Positions 1 through 12,426 of a stretch of 64,000 bases of DNA are shown here, in pieces; within the stretch, counting starts at the first letter, position 1; the number at the start of each line of letters is the position of its first letter. The translations under genes were made by a program, and so were the position numbers. The notes beneath the pieces were generated by a model. The model was not told where the DNA came from. It ran no database searches and worked only from the letters and a program-made list of their open reading frames with translations. Where the stretch lies: assembly GCA_000004695.1 (NCBI GenBank), contig CM000155.2:864001-928000 (forward strand), given 5' to 3'. The stretch is from Dictyostelium discoideum. Its lineage: Eukaryota.

Positions 1-655
1 AATTCATAAAAATAAATAAACTCAAAAATTTCATCTTTATTACCACAGGCAAAGGTAAAAACTGGCACCATACAAGAATTAGGCAAAATAACAATTTCAT
101 TAATAGAATAACTCCAAAATTATCACCGACAGCCAAAAAAGATCAAGAAGTGAATGCAGATTACGCCAACCACAGATTCCACAAAGAATACTTTGAATGG
201 AACTATAAAGCAATAGACTATGATCTAACTAGATCATTCGCATATAGAAACCTAATGGCCCTTATCCTCCACAACATTTGGATTTGGATTTGCAATCAAA
301 TATACAGTGAAGATCCTTTAACAAATGAATCACTATCATACAGCTCCCTTCTAAAGAAATGGCACAAATTGGCCACTCTAGAATACATCAAAAAAGCAAA
401 AGATCTGAAAAACTTATCAGCAAAAGACCATAATAATTTCAAAGATCCTAAGATCCTTCTCACCTCAACGATCAAGCTAAGAAAAACAACAGCTAATTAC
501 TATTGTATTCCAGAATCATCTCTCCCAAATATTATATCTTTTGATCAATTCATATGATTAAAATAACCCTTCAGCTTAAATGATAAGCCTATAAATAAAT
601 ATTAAATAAAAACTCGTATTAACACAGATGGACATATATCAATCTTGTTAATCCA

Positions 656-690
<35 letters not shown>
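1..690 (+). mobile_element. Window-truncated 3'-terminal fragment of a TRE-type non-LTR retrotransposon ('element 2' family). ORF2 C-terminus occupies 1..557, the 3' UTR 558..660 and an A30 tail 661..690.
   Basis: About 99% identical to 10651-11340, 11555-12255 and 16830-17522. The Cys/His-rich ORF2 tail ('WICNQIYSEDPL...') is present. The reading frame is open from base 3; the 'M' at 150 is a GTG artefact of the ORF track. The fragment ends in a poly(A) directly abutting the next element. Confidence 0.85.
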
Positions 691-691
<1 letters not shown>

Positions 692-824
692 AAAGAAATA
701 AACGAGAATTTATACATATAATAAATAAATCACTGTTATATCTTCACCGCCACATTCATTCCTCTTAATTTTACCCTTTTTTGCTCAGTAAAGCAAGGGC
801 TATTGTCCTATATACTTTTCAACA

Positions 825-2037
825 ATGGCTGATGACCACTCAACTGAATTACAGTTAAATCATACAGATAACAACACAACCAATACAAATAATACCTCCA
901 CAACCTCAACAACAAAAAACAAAAGTGCAAAAATCGACACACCTAAAAAACAAACCCCAACAAACCAACTCTCACTAAACAAAGGACTTGATAATCAATT
1001 AGATATCATTGCACCTCCATCAATCACAAGACCACTCTCTTTCTTAGAAAAAAAACAATAACACCATCAACATCAAGTGTTACTTTAATCAACCACACAT
1101 CCGTGAAGAATTAACCTCAAAAGATGACACAAGAATTCAACAAATTCACAAAAACATTCACAAACTCTTCGAAGATATACTGTCGCCATCAGCATTCAAA
1201 ATAATTGGCGCAACTGCCTTCGTAAATTGCAACGTTGATAAATTAACTTCAATAATCAACCTTCAAAACCAACTTGCACTAAATATCGACAAACTCAACT
1301 ATAGATTCGATATATCATCAAATGATTATGCAATCATTAAAACATTCATTCAAACGTACTCACCCAAACATGCAAACGATGCAATTACAAACAACCTCAC
1401 TAAATTCACCAGTTGTACATCAATTGAATCATTTACTGTCACATACTCATATGCTGTTGCGTTTAAAAGCTACATTATAACATATCATCTAATTGATCAC
1501 ACACACAACATTGTTGATCAAAAGATCGAACAACCATCTGGTATCACAAGATATATCAAAGCTGCAACACGTAGTGTCACTAAACACAAAATTCAACATG
1601 CAAAAAATGCAGATATGGCAACAACTATAAAAAATGCCATCACAAACCCAAACATGAACAAAAACAATCAACCACCAAAAAACAACATTAAAACCCCACC
1701 AATCAACGAAATTGCAAATTCCAATCGCAATAATAACTCACTTCAAAATAGTGGTTCAAAAGCTATACTAAATGAATCACTTGATATTAACAATCAATCC
1801 CAAAACAATAATGAAATTTCACACAAAAGTGATTCTTCAAATAATAATAACGGGAAAAACTCATTATCAATGAGCAATCCAACCGATCCAACAATTGTAC
1901 CACAAAAACCTCTACAATCTCAACCAAACAAACCAAGTGCACCAACTCAAAATACAATAAATACAAGAAGAAGCAGCAATGCCCTGACTACACAACCAGT
2001 CAATACTGGTGCTGCCAAACCTAGTAAGGTATGAGCT
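825..2037 (+). pseudogene. Element-1 ORF1 (Gag-like, nucleic-acid-binding protein; 402 aa when intact), disrupted by homopolymer frameshifts.
   Basis: It is split into frames 825-1061 / ... / 1615-2034. An A8 run at about 1048-1055 corresponds to A7 in the intact inverted copy, where 32843-34051 gives one continuous 402-aa ORF. Confidence 0.8.
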
Positions 2038-5000
2038 CAAAAATCAACTTTATAACATGGAATTGTAGAGGATTCACTGAAAACCCAAACAATCAACACA
2101 ATTCCTACCAAAAAGCTGTTGACACACTACAACTACTTATATCAAAACTTCCACCTCGTCCAACAATCTCAATACTCACTGAACTCAATTCATCACCATT
2201 ACAACTTAAACATGATTTTCCCGATCACATCATCTCTGTCACCAAACGAGGAAATGGTGTAATCATCATTAACCATAACCCAAACACACTCAAACTCAAA
2301 CACATATCAACAATTGATGGTAGAGCTATTTTAGCAGACGTTATATTTCCAAATCAATTACCAATTGGTATTCTTGGAATTTACGCACCAGCATCAAATA
2401 ATACCATCAAAAAGAATTCATATGCAACTTCACTACAAACACTTCTCCACAACCACTCAACAAACCCAATACCAAACCAATCCCAACATGTATCTATTAT
2501 CGCAGGAGATTTCAACTGTATCCACAACGACAATTCACTATTAGATGATATTATCCAATCCTACACATACCAACACCATCTAATTGATCAAGGTGAATTT
2601 AAAAACACTCCAACTCATACACATGGTAACAGATTAGATAGAATATATACTCAATACAATAGAATAGACCCTGAAAATATATATACTCAAGTCCACCAAA
2701 TTCCATCTTCATTATCAGATCATAATCCAATATCAACAACAATTTCTTCACCTTTTCAAATAAATAAACATAAGAAAAGATGGATATTATCACCTGGTAC
2801 TGCAAATGACCATGAAGCAATCAATATTATCAATCATTTAATAACTAATCACAATAACACATCAATCAATCAATTTACAAATTGGTCAAAAGTAAAATCA
2901 AAAATTATTAAAACTCTAAAAAACTATCAATATAACAAAGACAAACAAACTCAACGTGCAAAACAAATACTATTAGAAAAAGCAGCAAAATTCAAACATC
3001 TTGAAGAACAATGCATCGCTGAATACAATATTATATGTAACAAAAACAAATTACATCAAAACCACACAAACATATTAAAAAAACATATAAATGGAGAAAT
3101 ACCTAGCAAGTATCTATCAGCAATACTAAACAAAAGATCAAAAGATGCAAAAATTGAATCAATCCAATATGGTAACATCATTACATCCGACCCCGACCAA
3201 ATTGAAAATGCATTTGTTGAATTCTACACAAATCTGTATAGCTTACAAATATGTTGTCCAATTACTCACCAGCTCATGCTAAACACTTGGCCCATCATAA
3301 AAAATGAATATTGGAATGGTTTAGACTCACCATTTATACAAGAAGAAGTTGAAGCTGCAATTAAAACCTGTAACCCCAACAAATCACCCGGTCCAGATGG
3401 CGTTACAAATGCATTCTACATTAATCATTTAAACCAAGTTAAACCAATTCTCACTACATTATTCAACGATATACTAGAAAATCCTCACCACATCACAACA
3501 GAATTCACAGAAGGTCTTATACACACAATATACAAGAAAGGCAACCCCTTACTCATATCAAATCGACGTCCCATTACACTTCTTAACACTGATTACAAGA
3601 TCCTCTCAAAAGTAATCAATGCACGTCTTCTGAGAATACTTCCTTTCATCATCAACAACAACCAAACTGGTTTCGTACCCCACAGATTCATCATAGACAA
3701 CATCATCAACATCAATGAATTAATAAACTACCTCAAATCTAAAAACCTCCCTGGTATCATCACACTATTTGACTTCTTTAAAGCATTTGATTCTATCTCT
3801 CACGATAGCATTAAAAGAACATTAATTCATATTGGAATACCAATAAAATTAATAAATTTAATCCACAAGCTATTATCTGACTCACAAGCAAAAATTTCAA
3901 TTAATGGTAAAACGACCAGAAAATTCGATATTAAAAGAGGTGTAAAACAAGGTGACCCAATCTCAGCCACTTTATTTGTAATTGTAATTGAAATATTAGC
4001 AAGAACAATAAATGCAGACAATTCAATAATTGGATTACCAATTTCACCCAATCCACAAATTAAAATCAAATTTACCCAATTTGCAGACGACTCTACAACA
4101 TACAACATCAACTACGAACAACAACAACAATCAATCAAACATTTCGATAATTTCTGTGCTTCAACATCATCATCTTTAAATTTTGACAAAAGTGCAATAA
4201 TAGAAATCAACCCCCACAAAATCACTGATAAACACATAATAAACAACATTCCACAATCAAAAAGAATTCCAATAACCAAAAAAGATCAATCAGAAAGAGT
4301 TCTTGGCTATTTCTTTAATCATAATGGTTTACATAGGAAATTACCAGAAACAATGAAAACACTGTTTAAATCATTAGTGCTATGGAAAACTAGTGGTACA
4401 ACATTAAAAACAAAAACAACCATCATAAACACCTACTCACTATCACCAATAACATATTTATCATACCTTGAAGAATTTACAAAAGATGAAGAAATTCAAA
4501 TTAATAAATTAATCTCATGGTTTATGAATTCTCCCGCAAATTCTGAATCACCAACTCTCAATACCAATTCCATTGAAAACAACACATCAACCATCCATTC
4601 ACGTGCAAAAATACCTTTGATGTGTTATGATAGATCATTAAAACCATTAAAAGAAGGTGGTTGGGGTATGTGGAATATACAATTACGTCAAGTTGCTCAA
4701 AAGATTTGGATATACAACAGATTCTTACAAATGCATAAATCTGCAAACAATTCAATATACATGATAAGTTGGATGGATCAAATCATCAACAAATCAATCT
4801 CTTCTCCATACCTTATAAAAATAAAAAAAGAATGGGAAAACTATGCAACTCAAATTGGACATCTAAAAGATAAAGTTCAAATCCTACAACCAATATTAAC
4901 AAAAAACCAACCCTCTCAAACATTAAACACAAATAATATTTCACTACCACCAACACTCAAAGAAATCTACTCGACAATACTAAACAATCACCAATGCAAA

Positions 5001-5858
5001 TCAAAAGACTATATTGGCAAGAAATATTCAGATCTACTTCTTACTTCGCACCAACAATCAATACAACTATTATGGAAATACACATACGACCAACTTTTTG
5101 TCAAAATTCAAAAATTAAAAGATCCAAAAGGCCGAGATACAATGCAAAGATTCCATGCTAGATGTCTTCCGATTAATCATCTACACAACAAAGTTTGCCC
5201 CATTTGCAACAATGAAATGAATAATGATCCCTATGGTCATTTGTTTTTCAATTGTCAGCACACAATCAACTTCATTAACCACGACAAATTAAAATATTTT
5301 ATATATAAAAATTGCAATGGAAACAAAAACTGGTCACTAACAAAAAACCAAACAACAAAATTATACACACTCATCTATAAACCACAAACAAACAACAAAG
5401 CATTTAAACCAGATCCAACAATCAATATTAATTTTCATTTTGCAGAAAACGCACAATATAAAAAATACAGGTTCAACTGGAATTATATAAACACAAATCT
5501 TGATCTAGTCAGAACACATGCATATTGGAACATAATCTCATTAGTTATTCACCAAATATGGATATGGTTATGCAAATCATTATTTGACATCAATATAACT
5601 CAATCAATTGATAATTGGAACAACCAAATAAACAACACAACACTAGATTATGATATATTAAAATCAAAATGGCACAAGCTAATAAGATTGGAATATTCAA
5701 GAACTTTATCAAACTTTAACCAATACTCAATTAAAAACAACCTCACAAAAACTCAAAAAGAAACCCAATGGTCCGAAACCATCAAAAAATTTAAAAAAGA
5801 ATGGAGCATAAACACAAATGAACCAATTCCAACAATTACACCACCAATTAATTATTAA
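2031..5858 (+). CDS. Element-1 ORF2 polyprotein (1275 aa): AP endonuclease, reverse transcriptase and a C-terminal Cys/His-rich zinc-knuckle domain. The reading frame is intact.
   Basis: N-terminal APE motifs ('ITWNCRGF', 'IIAGDFN...', 'SDHNPI'). RT motifs ('RRPITLLNTDYKI', 'FDFFKAFDSISH', 'FTQFADDSTTY'). C-terminal 'HARCLPINHLHNKVCPICNNE...HLFFNC' Cys/His domain. Differs from the inverted copy by only about 8 aa. Confidence 0.92.
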   Translation: MSSKINFITWNCRGFTENPNNQHNSYQKAVDTLQLLISKLPPRPTISILTELNSSPLQLKHDFPDHIISVTKRGNGVIIINHNPNTLKLKHISTIDGRAILADVIFPNQLPIGILGIYAPASNNTIKKNSYATSLQTLLHNHSTNPIPNQSQHVSIIAGDFNCIHNDNSLLDDIIQSYTYQHHLIDQGEFKNTPTHTHGNRLDRIYTQYNRIDPENIYTQVHQIPSSLSDHNPISTTISSPFQINKHKKRWILSPGTANDHEAINIINHLITNHNNTSINQFTNWSKVKSKIIKTLKNYQYNKDKQTQRAKQILLEKAAKFKHLEEQCIAEYNIICNKNKLHQNHTNILKKHINGEIPSKYLSAILNKRSKDAKIESIQYGNIITSDPDQIENAFVEFYTNLYSLQICCPITHQLMLNTWPIIKNEYWNGLDSPFIQEEVEAAIKTCNPNKSPGPDGVTNAFYINHLNQVKPILTTLFNDILENPHHITTEFTEGLIHTIYKKGNPLLISNRRPITLLNTDYKILSKVINARLLRILPFIINNNQTGFVPHRFIIDNIININELINYLKSKNLPGIITLFDFFKAFDSISHDSIKRTLIHIGIPIKLINLIHKLLSDSQAKISINGKTTRKFDIKRGVKQGDPISATLFVIVIEILARTINADNSIIGLPISPNPQIKIKFTQFADDSTTYNINYEQQQQSIKHFDNFCASTSSSLNFDKSAIIEINPHKITDKHIINNIPQSKRIPITKKDQSERVLGYFFNHNGLHRKLPETMKTLFKSLVLWKTSGTTLKTKTTIINTYSLSPITYLSYLEEFTKDEEIQINKLISWFMNSPANSESPTLNTNSIENNTSTIHSRAKIPLMCYDRSLKPLKEGGWGMWNIQLRQVAQKIWIYNRFLQMHKSANNSIYMISWMDQIINKSISSPYLIKIKKEWENYATQIGHLKDKVQILQPILTKNQPSQTLNTNNISLPPTLKEIYSTILNNHQCKSKDYIGKKYSDLLLTSHQQSIQLLWKYTYDQLFVKIQKLKDPKGRDTMQRFHARCLPINHLHNKVCPICNNEMNNDPYGHLFFNCQHTINFINHDKLKYFIYKNCNGNKNWSLTKNQTTKLYTLIYKPQTNNKAFKPDPTININFHFAENAQYKKYRFNWNYINTNLDLVRTHAYWNIISLVIHQIWIWLCKSLFDINITQSIDNWNNQINNTTLDYDILKSKWHKLIRLEYSRTLSNFNQYSIKNNLTKTQKETQWSETIKKFKKEWSINTNEPIPTITPPINY

Positions 5859-5986
5859 TTACCTAATCTAAAATATAATACTATTTTAAATTCACAAAAA
5901 CTAAAAAACCTAAAATAAATAAATAAAAATAACATACTAATTGTATACTACAATAGTTTATTTATATCAAAAAAAAAAAAAAAAAA

Positions 5987-6094
5987 TAAATGAAGGCAAG
6001 GGTTCGATTCTCCTCTAAAGTTAAAAAAAACTCTTATAAAAACAATTAGAAATAGCTCTATTCCAGAACATTTTTGATATATTATTATTTATAA
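5987..6094 (+). other. A 108-bp unique spacer between element 1 and element 2. It carries a tRNA B-box-like motif (GGTTCGATTCT, 6012-6022). Likely a remnant of a tRNA 3' flank or extra-B-box that served as a target site.
   Basis: The spacer begins with the 15-mer 'TAAATGAAGGCAAGG'. The same 15-mer occurs 19 nt downstream of the tRNA-Phe gene (minus-strand sense at about 34233-34247). The B-box motif lies about 75-85 bp upstream of the 5' end of the next element. Confidence 0.5.
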
Positions 6095-6260
6095 AACCGT
6101 ACCGCTATCAAGAGGATACAAGATACACGTGAAAAGTAATTCATCCTTTTCTATCCTTAATCTCGGTCAATTTTAACCAATCTTTCGAAAAAAATCACCA
6201 ATCCACCACGATCTACAGATCTAACTTACCAAATCGCCGATTCAAAGGAATCCCATCGAG

Positions 6261-7509
6261 ATGAATTCCTACGCAGACGCGGCTAAAATGGCCAACCCCT
6301 CCACCCATATGGACGAGGCATCGGAGAACTTCATTAAGGAATTCTCCAAAAACAGCAGAGATAAAGGAAACTTACCCCAAACTATCAATAGGCCTCAAAG
6401 ACATCTCCAAATACTGCGAGACCATATTGAACATGACTGCGCTCTCAACCTACGAGAAAAACAACGGATTCTACCCAATTACACTCGAATTCCCCAAAAT
6501 GGATCTCAAGGGGTTAGAAGAAATGAGAAAAACACTCTCAAACTACGATATCCCAATCGACAAGATATACATAGGCAAAGGAACTAGAAAAATGATCCAC
6601 CTGATGATTAAAAAAGAACAATCTCTCCTAAATATCATTAGAGATAGAAGCAAATTGGGAACCTTCATCACCTCCAGTAGAGACTTCCACGTTCTCACAG
6701 GAAGAGTAAGAATTCCCAGAGAAAAGGCAGGAATAGTGGACGCCCTCATCAAAACTGCCTTTGCAGAAGAAATACCCTATGCAATATACAATACTATATA
6801 CTCCACCGACCACCTCATAGTATTCGGTCTAATAGAATGCAAAATAGGCGATCAAATGAAATCTGGCCAACACATTACAGAAATCGCAAACTTTACCATC
6901 AGAACGGCCACCAAAACCTACTCCTCACAAAAGAAAAACAAGAAAGTAGAGACAAACAACACGGAGGAACCATTAGAAGATAAGATGACAGATCCTCCTA
7001 ACACTCAAAACAGGATAGCAATCAAATCCTCTCAACCAAAACCACAACAACAAACAAACAACTCAGCAAACAATCAGTCTGATAAACAATCAACACAAGA
7101 GAAAAAAGCCCAAGCAAAAAAGTCGCTCTCAACCTCTTCCCCCCAAAAACCAAGCAGAATCTCAATCTGTCAAACCCACCACAACCACTACCACAACATC
7201 CAACGCCATCCAAAAAGACAATGCCAACAAAACGAGCACTAACATCCATTCATCCTCGGAAAACAGAGAGAAGACACCAAACATCCCTCCATCACATAAA
7301 CGCAAGAACGAGGAAATCCACTCAAACAACGAGGTCACCCAACTCTCACCAACAATAAACAGAAGCAACCCTTACATCCCATCCACCCCTAAGACACCTG
7401 TCAAAAAAGAAAGGAAAGGAATCATTGAGAGCTTCATAGAGAGTATCTACCCTTCACCATCCAAACCGCAGCTATACGACTCCCAAGAGGAGATCGATAT
7501 CATCTCATA
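6261..7509 (+). pseudogene. Element-2 ORF1 (417 aa in the intact copy), frameshifted by a 2-bp deletion near 6345.
   Basis: Copy 2 reads 'CTCCACAAAAACAGC' where this copy reads 'CTCCAAAAACAGC'. The ORF track splits the gene into 6261-6587 and 6427-7242. Confidence 0.8.
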
Positions 7510-10500
7510 ATGGTAGTAATCAAAATCAACCAATGGAATGTCAGAGGTTGGGGCACTGACACCTCCTTCAAAAACAAAACAGACTTTATCAAATCCCAAT
7601 CCCCCCCAAACTCATTGGCACTAACCATAGTCAATGAACTCAACGCCGACGCAACACAAGCACACCAGCTATTTCCTGGCTCCATCATTAGCGCAACCAA
7701 CAGAGGCAACGGAATAGGAATACTAAACCACAACAACCAAAACATAAAACTCTCACCAATATTCATAATAGAAGGTAGACTAATAATATCAGACATTCTA
7801 ATAAAAGATACCACAACGAGAATCTTGGCCATATACGCCCCGGCCCAACCTGATAAAAGAAAAATACTAGCTTCAACACTAAACAAACACTTCAACAACC
7901 AATACCACAACCTAACGTCTAACCCTAAAAAAAACATCGACATCATAGCAGGCGACTTCAATTGTTTAGACTTCAATGACAATCACACATCAAATGATGA
8001 TCAGGCAACTTGACAACACAATCCCCAGATGAGATGGCCACAGTAATCGAAGCCATCAGAATTTCAAATAACCTAATGGATATGGACCAACTAAATAAAA
8101 GACCCACCTTCTCAAGAACGATACACAACACAAACAATAACCTCACAAGAATCTTGGAAAGGAGACTAGACAGAATATACCTTAACAATAGCTTAATCAA
8201 CTACAGCCAATTATACTTAAGGAACCTAATCCCCCCAAAAATTAACGACATACCTCTATCAGATCACAACTTCCTATCAACCACTTTCACTCTACCCAAC
8301 ATACAGATGAACAAGCGCAGATGGAGATTAAAAAAATCCTCAATCCTCTCAAGCATAATGCTTAAGAAAATAGACTTCCTACTTAACGATTATTCAAGGG
8401 AGCTGTCATCCAACCATAACTCTATTTCCTTCTCTCAACTCAACAGCTTACTAAACAAAATAAAACAACTATACACCGAATTTCAAAAACAAAATGACTA
8501 CAACAATAAGGCAAACATCAAAAATCTAATCTCCCTACTAGAGACAGAATTTAAAGACCAAGCCTTCGCAACCCTTTCAGCAATAAATGAATCTAAAAAA
8601 AGAGAAGAACAACTTAAACAAGAATTGAACAACTATTGCGAAGAAACCTCACTCAAGTACATCTCCGCGAGAATCAAGAAAAGACACAATGATTTCACCA
8701 TCAACGCAGTAAAAGATGCACAAGGTAGAACAATTAACAAACAGGAATTGATCGAAGAAGAATACGTAAAATATTACTCAAATCTTTATGACTACAAAGA
8801 AGATGACCCACTATCTCATTACGAAATGTTGGAAAATTGGACAGTGACCAGGGACTCAACATGGGACAACCTTGAAAATGAATTCACCTCACAAGAAATC
8901 CTAGAAGTAATAAAACAACTGAACCCACACAAATCTCCAGGTCCAGATGGAATTCCAAACTTATTCTACATAACACACAAAGAAAAACTAGCTCCAATAC
9001 TGGCCTCAGCATTCAACGACACTCTAAGAAATCCTCATCTAATTAGCAAAAATTACAAAGAAGGCCTCATTATCACGATACCTAAAAAGGGAGACCCCGA
9101 ACTAATCAAAAACAGAAGACCAATTACACTGGCTAACTGTATATATAAAATCCACTCAAAACTAATAAACAATAGAATAATCCCAATACTATCGAAAGTG
9201 ATCAACCACAATCAAAAAGGTTTCGTACCAGGCAGATTCATTCTAGATAATATCATATCAATGAACGAATTAATCAACTATTGTAATGATAAAAGAATTA
9301 ACGGAATAATTACACTATATGATTTCGAAAAAGCTTTTGACTCGATCTCACACGGTTCAATACTCAGATCACTACAACACATCAACATTCCAACCAATAT
9401 AATCAACCTGATAATGAATCTACTCACCAAATCTGAAGCAAGAATTGAAATTAATGGTAGAACTACTATACCCTTTGAGATCAAAAGAGGAGTTAAACAA
9501 GGAGATCCACTATCACCCACCCTGTTCGTCCTTGTAATAGAGGCTTTAGCTAGAAAAATTTTACAAGATGACCGAATTACTGGCCTTCCTCTAAACAACA
9601 GCAACCACAGAGAGAAATTCCAAAGCTTTGCAGACGACTCGGCTTCAATGGTCCCAGACTCTCAACAACTTGAATTAGTACTACAACACTTCAATTCATT
9701 TTGCAAAGCCACTTCCTCAAAACTAAACATCGACAAATCTTCATCAATTCTTATAGGCAACCCAGACAATACCAACCAAAGAATTCCAATATCTACAAAT
9801 CCAGAAAGATACTTGGGATACTTCTTCACAGGCAAAGGGATAACAAGAAAAATGCCAGAATTATTAAACACAATAAGATCATCCTTAGTACTATGGAAAA
9901 CCACTGACTCAACAATCAAAACCAAAACCAACATCCTCAAAGCATTCGCACTCTCTAAATTAACCTACTATTCATATGTAGAGAACTTTAAGGAAGAGGA
10001 ATTAAACCAAATCAATAAATTAGTCGAATGGTTTTTATCGGCACCAAACAACAAAAATGCTAGTGGATTTCAAGTTATTAATTTAATGAGAACCAAAAGA
10101 GCAAGATACCCACTAAAAGTAGGGGGCTGGAACATTTGGAATATAGAATTGAGACAACTGGCGCAGAAACTTTGGATCATAAACCAGTTCATCCTAGCAC
10201 TAGAAACCAAACAAACAAACTCATCTCATCACAAAAGCTGGGAATATCAGATCCAAAAAAAACAAATTCACATCCAGATACCTAAAAGAAAACTTAGACG
10301 AATGGAACAAAATAAGAATAAAAAAAGCAATCTTCAACAATAATCTCACATCCATAAAAAACGAAAAAGGACAACCACTTTCACTGGCAGAATGGTATAC
10401 CACAATTCAAGACCAAAATCCAACCATCCCTAAAACGGAATTCCAATCATCTCTAAACTTAAGAGGCTACAGCTATAATCAACTCTTCAACAACATACTG

Positions 10501-11214
10501 AAGATAAAAGACCCTAAAACAAGAGACACAATGTTTAGATTCCATGCCAGATGCCTTCCAATAAACTACCTTCACAACAAACAATGCCCACTCTGCAAAG
10601 AAGATATGAGCAAAGACCCATACGGTCACCTGTTCTTCTCATGCAAGAAAACAAAACAATTCATAAAAATAAATAAACTCAAAAATTTCATCTTTATTAC
10701 CACAGGCAAAGGTAAAAACTGGCACCATACAAGAATTAGGCAAAATAACAATTTCATTAATAGAATAACTCCAAAATTATCACCGACAGCCAAAAAAGAT
10801 CAAGAAGTGAATGCAGATTACGCCAATCACAGATTCCACAAAGAATACTTTGAATGGAACTATAAAGCAATAGACTATGATCTAACCAGATCATTCGCAT
10901 ATAGAAACCTAATGGCCCTTATCCTCCACAACATTTGGATTTGGATTTGCAATCAAATATACAGTGAAGATCCTTTAACAGATGAATCACTATCATACAG
11001 CTCCCTTCTAAAGAAATGGCACAAATTGGCCACTCTAGAATACATCAAAAAAGCAAAAGATCTGAAAAACTTATCAGCAAAAGACCATAATAACTTCAAA
11101 GATCCTAAGATCCTTCTCACTTCAACGATCAAGCTAAGAAAAACAACAGCTAATTACTATTGTATTCCAGAATCATCTCTCCCTAATATTATATCTTTTG
11201 ATCAATTCATATGA
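7510..11214 (+). pseudogene. Element-2 ORF2 (APE-RT-Cys/His polyprotein) carrying two frameshifts: a 1-bp deletion near 8008 and a +1 A in an A-run near 10255.
   Basis: The ORF track gives 7510-8013, 8010-10343 and 10531-11214 in three frames. The sequence is otherwise about 99% identical to 13681-17383. RT motif 'FQSFADDSASM' is present. Confidence 0.8.
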
Positions 11215-11340
11215 TTAAAATAACCCTTCAGCTTAAATGATAAGCCTTTAAATAAATATTAAATAAAACTCGTATTAACACAGATGGACATATATCAATC
11301 TTGTTAATCCAATATTAAAAAAAAAAAAAAAAAAAAAAAA

Positions 11341-12219
11341 TAAAGGAATTCCAATCATCTCTAAACTTAAGAGGCTACAGCTATAATCAACTCTTCAACA
11401 ACATACTGAAGATAAAAGACCCTAAAACAAGAGACACAATGTTTAGATTCCATGCCAGATGCCTTCCAATAAACTACCTTCACAACAAACAATGCCCACT
11501 CTGCAAAGAAGATATGAGCAAAGACCCATACGGTCACCTGTTCTTCTCATGCAAGAAAACAAAACAATTCATAAAAATAAATAAACTCAAAAATTTCATC
11601 TATATTACCACAGGCAAAGGTAAAAACTGGCACCATACAAGAATTAGGCAAAATAACAATTTCATTAATAGAATAACTCCAAAACTATCACCGATAGCCA
11701 AAAAAGATCAAGAAGTGAATGCAGATTACGCCAACCTCAGATTCCACAAAGAATACTTTGAATGGAACTATAAAGCAATAGACTATGATCTAACTAGATC
11801 ATTCGCATATAGAAACCTAATGGCCCTTATCCTCCACAACATTTGGATTTGGATTTGCAATCAAATATACAGTGAAGATCCTTTAACAGATGAATCACTA
11901 TCATACAGCTCCCTTCTAAAGAAATGGCACAAATTGGCCACTCTAGAATACATCAAAAAAGCAAAAGATCTGAAAAACTTATCAGCAAAAGACCATAATA
12001 ACTTCAAAGATCCTAAGATCCTTCTCACTTCAACGATCAAGCTAAGAAAAACAACAGCTAATTACTATTGTATTCCAGAATCATCTCTCCCAAATATTAT
12101 ATCTTTTGATCAATTCATATGATTAAAATAACCCTTCAGCTTAAATGATAAGCATTTAAATAAATATTAAATAAAACTCGTATTAACACAGATGGACATA
12201 TATCAATCTTGTTAATCCA

Positions 12220-12256
<37 letters not shown>
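11341..12256 (+). mobile_element. 5'-truncated (about 0.9 kb) element-2 insertion. It contains only the ORF2 C-terminus, 3' UTR and poly(A) (12235-12255), as a dead-on-arrival copy.
   Basis: It begins abruptly inside ORF2 ('GGAATTCCAATCATCTCTAAAC', matching 10436) immediately after the poly(A) of copy 1. ORF 11439-12122 is identical in register to the ORF2 tail. Confidence 0.85.
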
Positions 12257-12263
<7 letters not shown>

Positions 12264-12426
12264 CGTACCGCGATCAAGAGGATACAAGATACACGTGAAA
12301 AGTAATTCATCCTTTTCTATCCTTAATCTCGGTCAATTTTAACCAATCTTTCAAAAAAAATCACCAATCCACCACGATCTACAGATCTAACTTACCAAAT
12401 CGCCGATTCAAAGGAATCCCATCGAG

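Larger units (their letters stand above)
691..5986 (+). mobile_element. Full-length 'element 1' non-LTR (L1-like, poly(A)) retrotransposon of the Dictyostelium tRNA-gene-targeted TRE family (about 5.3 kb). This copy has a frameshifted ORF1. It is tentatively assigned to the TRE3 class on insertion geometry, not confirmed.
   Basis: The 5' UTR (691-824) starts with 'CAAAGAAATAAACGAG', shared with the inverted copy at 34185. ORF1 and ORF2 overlap through ATGA at 2031-2037. The 3' UTR is 128 bp and an A18 tail occupies 5969-5986. The copy is more than 99% identical to the minus-strand copy at 28898-34185. Confidence 0.9.
6095..11340 (+). mobile_element. Full-length 'element 2' TRE-type non-LTR retrotransposon (about 5.2 kb), copy 1. 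Both ORFs are inactivated by small indels.
   Basis: 5' end 'AACCGTACCGCTATCAAGAGGATACAAG', matching 12261. The 5' UTR is about 165 bp. ORF1 and ORF2 are joined by TAATG. Poly(A) occupies 11317-11340. Collinear with 12257-17522 at about 98-99% identity. Confidence 0.9.

Noticed and set aside
1489-1671. Minus-strand ORFs inside the retrotransposons (1489-1671, 2599-2820, 3827-4111, 4558-4755, 6543-6813, 7022-7368, 7500-7982, 9278-9940, 12796-12981, 13332-14370, 15448-16110, 30122-31050 on the plus strand, and others)
   Set aside because: They are antisense to long, conserved ORF1/ORF2 frames. They are short and occur at identical positions in each repeat copy, so they are by-products of biased codon usage and not genes.
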